From an archaeon (GTDB taxonomy: Archaea > SpSt-1190 > DYHY01): a DNA stretch of 64,000 nt. Position numbers and translations under genes: made by a program. The notes under the pieces are model-generated. The model saw only the letters and a program-made list of their open reading frames with translations, did no database searches and was not told the DNA's origin. This document shows, piece by piece, positions 43,918 to 51,877 of the stretch (positions within the stretch are counted from its first letter, which is position 1; each line of letters starts with the position of its first letter). The stretch covers positions 4,385 to 68,384 of the forward strand of contig JAZDJS010000048.1 of NCBI GenBank assembly GCA_043803745.1. Reading direction: 5' to 3'.

Positions 43918-44898
43918 ATGGCGGAACGCCCTGCGGAGAAGAACAGGAAAAAGGGGAACCCTGCGAAAATTCTTTCGGGCAGGAAGAACATACTCGTCCT
44001 CACACACAAGAACGCGGACCTCGACGCTTTCGCGTCAGCCGTAATTGTTTCCGATGCTTTCGAGGGGAGAATTGTCGCGCCGGGGGGCGCCGGGAAGCCT
44101 GCAAAGGAAGCTGCTGAGAAGCTTGGCATTGAGATTCTTTCGGAAATCCCCGAAGGCTCGTTCTCCGCAACCGTTGTCGTCGACTGTTCCTCGGAAAGCC
44201 AGATTGAGCCCCTTCTGGCAAGCGCGCTTCCGAAGCCGCTCGTTGTCTTCGACCATCACCTGCCGAAGGAGGGCGAAGGAAGCCTCCTTGAAATTGCGGA
44301 AGGCTATTTCGTTGACGAGCAGCCCTCCTGCGTTGAGGTCGTCCTCGGTTTCTTTCCGGTCCTTTCGAAGCGCTCCCGCACCGCAGCAATTTCGGGGATT
44401 TACGCTGACACGCGCCATCTTGCGCTTGCAAGGGTCGGGACCCTCCAGAAAATAATCGAACTTTCCCTGGGCGAGGAGGATTTGCTTTCCGAGGGGAAAA
44501 ACCTCGCGTCGGGAAGGCCGGAATTCTCCCAGAGGTTTGCCGTGATAAAAAGCCTCCAGAAGCTCAGGTTCGAGCGCCTCGAGGATGAGACGATTCTCGC
44601 CACAACGGTTGCGGGAAGCTTCGAGTCGGTCGCGGCAGGAATGCTTGTTTCAGCGGGGGCGGACATCTCGCTTGTTGCGGTTGCAAAAGAGGGGGAAGTC
44701 AGGATTTCCGGGCGCACATCGAACAAAATGAAGGACCGGCTCCATCTCGGTCAGCTTTTCCAGAAGCTCGGGGGCGGGGGGCATCCTGGCGCGGCGCTAG
44801 CCAACATCCCGGTGAAAAGCAAGAGGCCTTCCGATTCCGACGTTGAAAACGCGTTATCTTCCGCAGCAAACCTTATAAAGGATTTTTTGGGCTCTTGA
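43918..44898 (+). CDS. DHH-family phosphoesterase (NrnA-like)
   Basis: DHH motifs LTHKNADLDAFAS and VVFDHH are present, then a DHHA1-like C-terminus with GGGH. Confidence 0.75.
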   Translation: MAERPAEKNRKKGNPAKILSGRKNILVLTHKNADLDAFASAVIVSDAFEGRIVAPGGAGKPAKEAAEKLGIEILSEIPEGSFSATVVVDCSSESQIEPLLASALPKPLVVFDHHLPKEGEGSLLEIAEGYFVDEQPSCVEVVLGFFPVLSKRSRTAAISGIYADTRHLALARVGTLQKIIELSLGEEDLLSEGKNLASGRPEFSQRFAVIKSLQKLRFERLEDETILATTVAGSFESVAAGMLVSAGADISLVAVAKEGEVRISGRTSNKMKDRLHLGQLFQKLGGGGHPGAALANIPVKSKRPSDSDVENALSSAANLIKDFLGS

Positions 44899-45329
44899 AC
44901 GTTCAAAGAAAAGATGACGGAGGTCCAGACACGTTCAGAATGGCAGCGCACCCTATTGAAAGCCTTAACCGCACCTCTCCGGCGGCATTGGCAAAAAGCA
45001 CCCTTGCCGAATACAACCAGGCAATTGGGATTCTTTCTGAAATAAGCAAGGATGCCCAGGTTCCAAAAGGCGTGAGGAAGCGGATTGAGGACATCGTAAT
45101 CAAGCTTGGGGCGGCGGATAGGTCCCTCCAGGTGAAGATAAACTCCTGCACATACCTTCTTGACGATGTCAGCAACGACCCGAGCCTTCCGCCGCACACC
45201 CGGACGTTCATCTGGCAGGTTGCCGGCCTTTTGGAGGCTACCGGGAAGCGGATTCAGCTTGTGAAGGCGGCCGCCTCTTCGGGGACTGTGTCGGGGACTG
45301 TGTCGGGGACTGTGTCGGGGACCAAGTAA
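44895..45329 (+). CDS. UPF0147-family archaeal protein with a C-terminal (SGTV)n repeat
   Basis: The core VPKGVRKRIEDIVIKL...LLDDVSNDPSLPPHTRTFIWQVAGLLE matches the UPF0147 pattern. The tail is SGTVSGTVSGTVSGTK. Confidence 0.6.
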   Translation: MNVQRKDDGGPDTFRMAAHPIESLNRTSPAALAKSTLAEYNQAIGILSEISKDAQVPKGVRKRIEDIVIKLGAADRSLQVKINSCTYLLDDVSNDPSLPPHTRTFIWQVAGLLEATGKRIQLVKAAASSGTVSGTVSGTVSGTK

Positions 45330-45442
45330 GAGGGGGTTCCGGGGGGGCTTGGAGCAACCATTCCGGAACCGCACAAGAGCATATGCGGAAAGTATTAAAT
45401 AACCGTGTTCCCTTGGGTTAGCGAGAAGGTGTTAGCATCAAG

Positions 45443-45829
45443 ATGGTAATGAAAAGAATCAAGGAATTTTTCAGCAAGGTTTCCCACGGGGGAAAGAATC
45501 CTGACCAGCAAAAGGCGCAGCCCGAGAAAAGGGAAGCGCCCGCCCTGGTCAGAATAGACGTAAAGAACGTTGAAAAGGAACCGCTCGCACTGCAGGTCGT
45601 GAAACTCCAGAATTTCTCCGATACAGAGGGGATCCTCGACTCCCTCCGGGGCGGAAAGCGCATTCTCCTGGTGAAAATCTCAGGGCTCAAGGAAAAGGAC
45701 ATGACCGAGCTCAAGCGCGCGATAAACCGGTTCAAGACCCATTGCGCGGCAACTGGCGCGGATCTGGCTGCAATTGACGAAAGCTGGATAATTCTCGTTC
45801 CTCCCGTCGTTGGTCTTGAGAGAGTCTAG
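45443..45829 (+). CDS. sepF: cell division protein SepF-like
   Basis: 128 aa. The C-terminal approximately 90 aa match the SepF core pattern (...ILLVKISGL...RAINRFKTHCAATGADLAAIDESWIILVPPVV). ftsZ is in the same window. Confidence 0.65.
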   Translation: MVMKRIKEFFSKVSHGGKNPDQQKAQPEKREAPALVRIDVKNVEKEPLALQVVKLQNFSDTEGILDSLRGGKRILLVKISGLKEKDMTELKRAINRFKTHCAATGADLAAIDESWIILVPPVVGLERV

Positions 45830-45918
45830 ATAGATCCGGGGGGCAGGAAAAGCGTTGTCCTGGCTCGAAAGCCGGATGCTCTGAAGAGCAAACTGGGGGG
45901 CGGAGCCCTGCGGTTCCG

Positions 45919-45972
45919 GACGAAAGCTGGATAATTCTCGTTCCTCCCGTCGTCGGGCTGGAAAGGGTTTGA
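45919..45972 (+). repeat. remnant second copy of the sepF 3' end (35 nt identical, then 7 synonymously recoded codons)
   Basis: 45919-45953 is identical to 45776-45810. The next 7 codons, GTC GGG CTG GAA AGG GTT TGA, encode the same VGLERV-stop as sepF's GTT GGT CTT GAG AGA GTC TAG. No start codon lies upstream in frame. Confidence 0.7.
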
Positions 45973-46033
45973 TATTCAAGCAGCCGCGATTTGAGCGAGA
46001 TAACTATTTAAGAATGAATAATTACTCGGCTGC

Positions 46034-46696
46034 ATGGCGGAACTTCGAGTATTGGAAACGACCGACTTGGAAACCTTCCAGAGCTATCTTGAAACTTGGC
46101 GCCCGCCGGAGGCGGTGCTTGTAAGCAACGGCCCTGATGCTCCGAAAACTGCGGAGTTCATCCAGCAAATTGGCGAAGGCACCCATTTTCTTTTCGCTTA
46201 CACGGCAGCGCCCGAGGAAAACCTGCTTGAAGCGCTTTCAGGCAGAGGCGTGCTGTGTGTTGAGGGAAATTTCCTTGTATACGGGGCTGACGAACGCGAG
46301 AATGTTTCCGGAACTGCACTGAAAACCCATTCAAGGTTCTTCGGAGATTCTCTTGCCATTTACCAGGTCTTCGGGCCTGTCTGCTCTGCTGAGCTTCCTG
46401 CAACTGATTGCGATGAGGTTGTTGCCGGGAACCTGAAATGGCTCGATGCGCTCAAGGTTCGCGGGATAAAAACGGCTGAAACTTTCGGCTGCGGCGGATG
46501 CTGCTCACGGGCGGTTGCGCTTGCTGATGACGTGGTTTCCTTGATTACCCAGCTTCCTCCGGAATATTCCGGGAACCCTTCCGGCTGGGCGCGCGAGGTT
46601 CTTGGCGGGGTGCAGATTCGCCCCGGAAAATACGCGGCAAAACAGGTTCCGCAGTATTGCGAGGGCGTTCCGGTCGGCGCGCTGCTCCTGCGATAA
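46034..46696 (+). CDS. hypothetical protein, paralog A of a tandem pair
   Basis: 220 aa. It shares blocks with the next gene: ...RPPEAVLV..., GDSLAIYQVFGP, PPEYSGNPSGWAREVLGGVQIRP. Confidence 0.5.
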   Translation: MAELRVLETTDLETFQSYLETWRPPEAVLVSNGPDAPKTAEFIQQIGEGTHFLFAYTAAPEENLLEALSGRGVLCVEGNFLVYGADERENVSGTALKTHSRFFGDSLAIYQVFGPVCSAELPATDCDEVVAGNLKWLDALKVRGIKTAETFGCGGCCSRAVALADDVVSLITQLPPEYSGNPSGWAREVLGGVQIRPGKYAAKQVPQYCEGVPVGALLLR

Positions 46697-46709
46697 GCGC
46701 CATTTTTAA

Positions 46710-47402
46710 ATGGTTAAAATGGGAAAGGGTTATAAGTTTGGCTTGGGCCGCACGGATATGAAGATACACCTCGTTGATGCCGGTTCAGCTGAGGGATTCA
46801 ACCAGAAAGTGAGGCAATACAAGCCGCCTGAAGTTGTTCTTGACGAAAACAGCAATTTGTATTTCGTTGCCGGGAAACCTGGAAAAAGGACGGTTTATTT
46901 CGCGCATTCAAGCGAATCCCGCATACGGACTGCTGAAGGGACCCCGGCGCACGTTGTTTCGGGCTCCCTGAAAATAGGAAAGTTCGAAAAGGCCCACAGG
47001 GCGAACGGACGGACTGTTGTCCTTGAGGGCGGGGAAGATTTGGCAATCTATCAGTTTTTCGGCCGCCCCGAAACTCCCGAAGGAAAAATCCAGCTTGGCT
47101 CGGCTGAATGGGCGCGGGCGATTGGGGAACGCGGGCTTTGCGCGTCTGACGCAATAGCATATTCGGCTGGCGAGAAACGGATTGCGGAAATCAACGCTGA
47201 TAAGAGTTGGTTCTTCCTGACCAGATTTCCGAGGGACTATCCGGGAGGGCCGAACAAATGGCTGGAGAATGTCTTGAATGTTGAAATTGTGCCTGATGCG
47301 ATGGGACATGACAACAGGCATCTGAATTACCTGGAAGCGCGCGGTCCGATAGGCGTTTATGCGGAAGTTGCGAGAGGAAAAAATCGCGCACAACCTGCCT
47401 GA
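46710..47402 (+). CDS. hypothetical protein, paralog B of a tandem pair
   Basis: 230 aa with ...KPPEVVLD..., GEDLAIYQFFGRP, PRDYPGGPNKWLENVLNVEIVP. Confidence 0.5.
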   Translation: MVKMGKGYKFGLGRTDMKIHLVDAGSAEGFNQKVRQYKPPEVVLDENSNLYFVAGKPGKRTVYFAHSSESRIRTAEGTPAHVVSGSLKIGKFEKAHRANGRTVVLEGGEDLAIYQFFGRPETPEGKIQLGSAEWARAIGERGLCASDAIAYSAGEKRIAEINADKSWFFLTRFPRDYPGGPNKWLENVLNVEIVPDAMGHDNRHLNYLEARGPIGVYAEVARGKNRAQPA

Positions 47403-47424
47403 TTGGCTGGCTTTTCGCTCTGAG

Positions 47425-47445
47425 AAAACCTTAAATACCCAAAAA
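47425..47445 (+). promoter_or_regulatory. TATA-like box (CCTTAAATACC) about 25 nt upstream of rpoK
   Basis: AT-rich octamer at the canonical archaeal distance from the ATG at 47462. Confidence 0.35.
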
Positions 47446-47461
47446 ATGCCCGCTTAACCCG

Positions 47462-47677
47462 ATGGCTGTTGATTCAGACAAGCTCACACGATTCGAAAAG
47501 GCAAGGGTCCTCGGCGCCCGGGCGCTGCAGGTTTCCCTTGGCGCACCAGTCCTGATAAAAACGAATGAAATAAACCCCGTCGAGATTGCCCGGCAGGAGC
47601 TTGCGAGAAGCGCGATAAAAATTCTCGTGATCCGGAAGAATTCGGACGGTTCCGAGGAAACCTTGGAGGCATCCTGA
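47462..47677 (+). CDS. rpoK: DNA-directed RNA polymerase subunit K (Rpo6/omega)
   Basis: 71 aa. TRFEKARVLGARALQVSLGAPVLI is the Rpo6 signature. Confidence 0.85.
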   Translation: MAVDSDKLTRFEKARVLGARALQVSLGAPVLIKTNEINPVEIARQELARSAIKILVIRKNSDGSEETLEAS

Positions 47678-47679
47678 GA

Positions 47680-48051
47680 ATGGGAAAAGTCCGCATCCTT
47701 CTGATAAAGCGAATTGCGAGGAAGATGGTTGAGCAGAGCCCTGAAAAGTTTTCAAGGGATTTCGAGCAGAACAAGAAATCCCTTGCCGATCTCAAGCTCA
47801 CCCTTCGGCTGCGGAACAGGGTTGCGGGATATATCTCAGCCCTCCTTACGCCGTCAAAGCTTCCCAATGCCCTTGGTGAGGAAAAGCCGCTTAGCGAGGA
47901 GGAATTCTCCGAAGGGGCTGTTTTCGACCAGGAAGGCACGCCGGTAAACCAGGAAAAGTCTCCCCAGGAACAGGAAATTGAAGCTGAAGCTAGGGCGTCC
48001 GCCAAGGCGTCCGCCAAAGCTGCTGCTGCGGCGGGGACTGCTGCCAAGTAA
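47680..48051 (+). CDS. rps17e: 30S ribosomal protein S17e with an Ala/Lys-rich C-terminal extension
   Basis: MGKVRILLIKRIARKM...RNRVAGYISALL matches the eS17 N-terminus (MGRVRTK...RNKIAGYVT). The tail is EARASAKASAKAAAAAGTAAK. Confidence 0.85.
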   Translation: MGKVRILLIKRIARKMVEQSPEKFSRDFEQNKKSLADLKLTLRLRNRVAGYISALLTPSKLPNALGEEKPLSEEEFSEGAVFDQEGTPVNQEKSPQEQEIEAEARASAKASAKAAAAAGTAAK

Positions 48052-48078
48052 GACGGAGCCGCTTTCCCGCTGCAAGGA

Positions 48079-48429
48079 TTATTTCAAGCCGAGTTCGGCC
48101 CGCGCGTTTGCAACTGATTCATTTATCGCCTGGATTGCGCTTGAATAGATTTCGTTCACCCGCGCTTCATATGAGCCGGGCCTTGCATACGGATACGGAA
48201 GGTCTGCTTCCGTGACCGCAATAGGTTCGAAAATTTGCGTCTGCACAACGCTCCTGACCGGGTCGGAGGAAAGCGCAACAGGCCCCGAGCCTGCGGAACC
48301 CCCCGAATATTTCGTCCTTTCGGCATATGCTTTCATTGCCGCTTTCACGTCGCCCCTGCCGCGCCTAGACCCCGACAAAGAGTCAGTTTTGTCAGCGCCT
48401 TCAATTCCAAAAAGGTCTTCGCCTCCCAT
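48079..48429 (-). CDS. hypothetical protein
   Basis: 116-aa ORF. Confidence 0.35.
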   Translation of the reverse strand: MGGEDLFGIEGADKTDSLSGSRRGRGDVKAAMKAYAERTKYSGGSAGSGPVALSSDPVRSVVQTQIFEPIAVTEADLPYPYARPGSYEARVNEIYSSAIQAINESVANARAELGLK

Positions 48430-48764
48430 TTTTCCCTTCAGTCTCCCAAGGGGACTTTTTGATATCCCCCTAAGAAAACATAACTGACCCAGGTCAATTA
48501 TAGTAATTTAGTTAGACTGTTCAGGGGTAAGACCTTAAAAGTACAACCAGGAAAAAGAAGCTGAAAATTCAGATTTCAATCTCTTATTGGGTCAATCTGA
48601 TGTGTTTGCTAGACTATGAAGTTTGTCCGTGCGTTTCGATTGTTCCAGGTCGAAAAAACTGAATTCCTTCCTCATTCCTGCCAAAGGAGGAATAACAAAA
48701 AGGAGGTTTTGGCCCAATTTAAAAACAAACAATTATATGTTAGTTGGCCCATATTAGGTAAATT

Positions 48765-49133
48765 ATGGCAGCGACGGATGAAAATGTTTTTGCAGTTCTT
48801 GATTACCTGGGGCTTACGACACACAAGGCCGAATATCAGAAAGTTGCCCAGGCGCTCTCATATATCAAGCGCACGTTCAAGGTCAAGGAAGAATTCAAGC
48901 TGAATCAGATAATGAGGCCCCTTGCGGTTGAGCAGAACAACAGGAAATGGCTCCGGACGCTTCTGTCGAAAATGGTTGAGCGGGGATATCTTTACAGGCC
49001 GTCATCGAAGAAATATGCAAAGGCATACGACTCTTTCGCAAACTGGCTCTCGGTTGCGCACGGGAAAATAGACCAGATTGAGAACTCCGACCCGCAGCCT
49101 GCCGCGGCTGCGCCCCAGCAAGTTGTCCAATGA
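48765..49133 (+). CDS. hypothetical protein (possible winged-helix DNA-binding)
   Basis: 122 aa, preceded by a roughly 290-bp AT-rich region. Confidence 0.4.
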   Translation: MAATDENVFAVLDYLGLTTHKAEYQKVAQALSYIKRTFKVKEEFKLNQIMRPLAVEQNNRKWLRTLLSKMVERGYLYRPSSKKYAKAYDSFANWLSVAHGKIDQIENSDPQPAAAAPQQVVQ

Positions 49134-50179
49134 TCATGAAGGCGTGCTGCTTTTTCGCTTCGAACATTGACCGGGATTTCCCCCTTGAAAGAATCTTTTC
49201 CGAACTCCCCTCCTCACTCAGGCAGCGCATCAACCCTCTTGTCAGGAACGGCGCGGGGGAGGAGATTGTTTTGGACGCGCCCCTTCCGGACTTTTCAGTT
49301 AAGGGAACCGACGGGCTTGGCGGGCAGTCGGGAAACTCCGCAAGAGCCCTCGGAACCCTTGGAGTTGAAACTTTCCTCTCAGTCGGTCGGGGACGGGCTG
49401 CGCTTCGCAGGTTCGCGGGAAAAAACGTGAGAGTGATTGGTCCGGAAGGTGTGCCGCGGATACACGCAATACTCGAGTATGGAAAGGGCTTTCTTGGCGC
49501 GCCGAATCCCAACCGGATAATCCTGACCTATGACCCCGAGAACACGAAGGGAACTGTTCCGGAAAGCTTTGAAAAAAAAGTCCTGGCTGAAGGGGAGCTC
49601 TCCTTCGCGCTCGTCGGGGGGCTCCATCTTGCGGGGAACTGTTCGAGGGCGATTTCCCTCGCAAAGAAACTCCGCGCCCGCGGAGCATTCACGCATTTCG
49701 AATTCAATTCCAAGGAAGGCCTTGACTGGCGCACCCTGATTGGGCGCACGAAGGGGGCCTTCGATTCTTTCGGCTGCAATTCCGAGGAAGCCGAGAAAAT
49801 CTGCGGGAAGGATTATTGGAGTCTCCCTGAGATTGCCGGCGCGGAAATAGCCGTCGTCCATTCGCGTGGAAAAAGCGTCGCAGTTTTCAGGACGGGTTCG
49901 CTCAGTCCGAACGAAGTTTCTGCAGCGCTCTCGTTTGCCGCAAAGCTTGCGGCCGGGAAGGTTTTTTCCGGGAAGGATTGCTCCATCCGGATGCTGGGCT
50001 CCCTTGAAAAGGCGGGGAAAATTTCGGCTGGCGGAAGGGCGCACGTCGCTGAAAGGTCCGGAATTGTCAAAGTCGAGGTTCCCAGCTGGACTGTTTCGGC
50101 AAGCGAAAAAACCTCCCTCGGATTGGGTGATTCGTTCGCGGCAGGGTTCGTTTATTCTCTGTTCAGTTGCGTGAAATAG
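49130..50179 (+). CDS. ribokinase-superfamily (PfkB/ADP-dependent-kinase-like) carbohydrate kinase
   Basis: N-terminal GGQSGNSARALGTLG and C-terminal SLGLGDSFAAGF (GxGDxF anion hole) are present. Confidence 0.65.
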   Translation: MIMKACCFFASNIDRDFPLERIFSELPSSLRQRINPLVRNGAGEEIVLDAPLPDFSVKGTDGLGGQSGNSARALGTLGVETFLSVGRGRAALRRFAGKNVRVIGPEGVPRIHAILEYGKGFLGAPNPNRIILTYDPENTKGTVPESFEKKVLAEGELSFALVGGLHLAGNCSRAISLAKKLRARGAFTHFEFNSKEGLDWRTLIGRTKGAFDSFGCNSEEAEKICGKDYWSLPEIAGAEIAVVHSRGKSVAVFRTGSLSPNEVSAALSFAAKLAAGKVFSGKDCSIRMLGSLEKAGKISAGGRAHVAERSGIVKVEVPSWTVSASEKTSLGLGDSFAAGFVYSLFSCVK

Positions 50180-51263
50180 GCCCGCCGACAATCTGGTGCT
50201 CCGCCCCGGAAACGGTCGTTCCCTCGGAGATTTCAGCCCCTTCCGAAACGATGCAATTCTGCAGGGCGCAGCCATCCTCTATTTTCGCGCCGGGAAAGAT
50301 AAGGCAGTTCTCAAGGAGAGAATTGTCCCCGACAGTCGCCCCGCCCATCACGTGGTTGTGCTTTTCGAAAACGACGTTCTCGCCGATTTCCGCGCCAGCT
50401 TCCACAAGCGTCGGACCCCTTGCAATGATTCCCTTGCCGAGCTTCGCACCCTTTGCGAAATATGGCTTTCCGAGGAGCCGCTTCCCGAGCATGAACTCGT
50501 TCGCAAGGAAATATCCCTGCGGCTTGCCGATGTCAATCCAGAACTCCGGGGAAACGAACCCCCCGAGGTAATGTCCGCGCCCGAGAAGATGCTCCCAAAT
50601 CTGCCCGAGGTTATCCGGCTTTTCCCCGCGCGCCCGGAGGGCTGAGACGTACTCCGGCACGTGTCTTGAGAAGAAATCCGGGGAAACGAAGTACATTGCG
50701 GTTGAAATAAGGTCGGAGGGGGGTTCCTTAGGCTTTTCGTGGAACCGGACTATCTTTCCGCCCGGAAGAATTTCGGCAATCCCCATCTGGGAGAGGAGTT
50801 CCCGGTGCGGGAACTTGTAAAGACCAATCGATGCTTCGGCGCCGGTTTCCCTATGGCGCTGGAACATTCCCCGGAAATCGAAATAGGGCGAGAAATTGTC
50901 AGCCCCGACAATCAGGGTGTCCTGGTTGAAATTTGTCTGGCTTGCAATGAACTCAAGCGCTCCGACCGCGCCAAGCTTCTGGTTCTCGTTCCCGGTCTTT
51001 TCAACAACGAAGGAGACCTCGTCAAGTCCGAACTGCTTCCCGCTCCCTATGTGGTTCCTCAGGCGCTCGTGAAAAGTGTCGTTGACTGAAAGCGTCACAT
51101 CCCTGAAACCGTTCCTGGAAAGGTTCTCAAGGAGGTAATCTATCGCCGGCTTGCCCAAAATGGGAAGGAGTTCCTTCGGGGTTTTCAGGGTAAGCGGTCG
51201 AAGGCGGGTCCCGTAGCCTCCTGCGAGAACGAGGACCTGGTTCATCCAGTTAACGTAATACAC
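50163..51263 (-). CDS. NDP-sugar pyrophosphorylase (nucleotidyltransferase plus left-handed beta-helix)
   Basis: VLVLAGGYGTRLRPLTLKTPKELLPI (G-x-G-T-R-L signature) with C-terminal hexapeptide repeats. The true start is probably MNQVLVL at 51245. Confidence 0.8.
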   Translation of the reverse strand: MYYVNWMNQVLVLAGGYGTRLRPLTLKTPKELLPILGKPAIDYLLENLSRNGFRDVTLSVNDTFHERLRNHIGSGKQFGLDEVSFVVEKTGNENQKLGAVGALEFIASQTNFNQDTLIVGADNFSPYFDFRGMFQRHRETGAEASIGLYKFPHRELLSQMGIAEILPGGKIVRFHEKPKEPPSDLISTAMYFVSPDFFSRHVPEYVSALRARGEKPDNLGQIWEHLLGRGHYLGGFVSPEFWIDIGKPQGYFLANEFMLGKRLLGKPYFAKGAKLGKGIIARGPTLVEAGAEIGENVVFEKHNHVMGGATVGDNSLLENCLIFPGAKIEDGCALQNCIVSEGAEISEGTTVSGAEHQIVGGPISRN

Positions 51264-51342
51264 TGTAATATAAACTTTCTTCTTGGCCCTTGAAAGGGCT
51301 TTCCAGCAGTTTCAATTGATGGGGGATAAATAAAAGATTGAC

Positions 51343-51819
51343 GTGAGCGCTTGGATGCCCTCGGAACCGTCCTCGGAACCGTCCTCGGAACCTCAGAAAG
51401 AAGTGCTCCTAATTTACTCGGTGAACGGGAACGAAATCGGGAAAATGCTCGCAAGCGAAGAGGGCGTTGTTGTTGATTTCGGCGGCGAGCAGAAGCTGGA
51501 ATTCCCGCGCCGGGAAGTAAAGGCCGCGAACGCAATGCGCGTCGGAAGGATAGGGCTTGACAGCTACGTGATGCGGATATTCATCTCAACGGTCCTTGCA
51601 GCAAAGCTCAGGAAGGAGTTCTCGGAAATAAAACTCGTCAATCCCGAAGGGATTCCATACCCTCCGGCATTCTCCGGGACAATTACAGGGGAATACGCAG
51701 AATTCTTCATATCATCCAAGGATGTCTTCGGCGTGAATGCGCGGGGCGCCCCGGCCGCAAGAGCTTTCATGAACGTTGTCAACGGAACGAGCCCGGAAAG
51801 GCTGAGATTACCTGAATAG
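51343..51819 (+). CDS. hypothetical protein with an N-terminal (SEPS)n repeat
   Basis: 158 aa. The N-terminus is SEPSSEPSSEP, encoded by tandem TCGGAACCGTCC units. Confidence 0.4.
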   Translation: MSAWMPSEPSSEPSSEPQKEVLLIYSVNGNEIGKMLASEEGVVVDFGGEQKLEFPRREVKAANAMRVGRIGLDSYVMRIFISTVLAAKLRKEFSEIKLVNPEGIPYPPAFSGTITGEYAEFFISSKDVFGVNARGAPAARAFMNVVNGTSPERLRLPE

Positions 51820-51877
51820 GCAACCGAAGTCTCTGGAGTGAAGCGGAGCAAAATCCAACGAAATCGGAAAACTTAAA

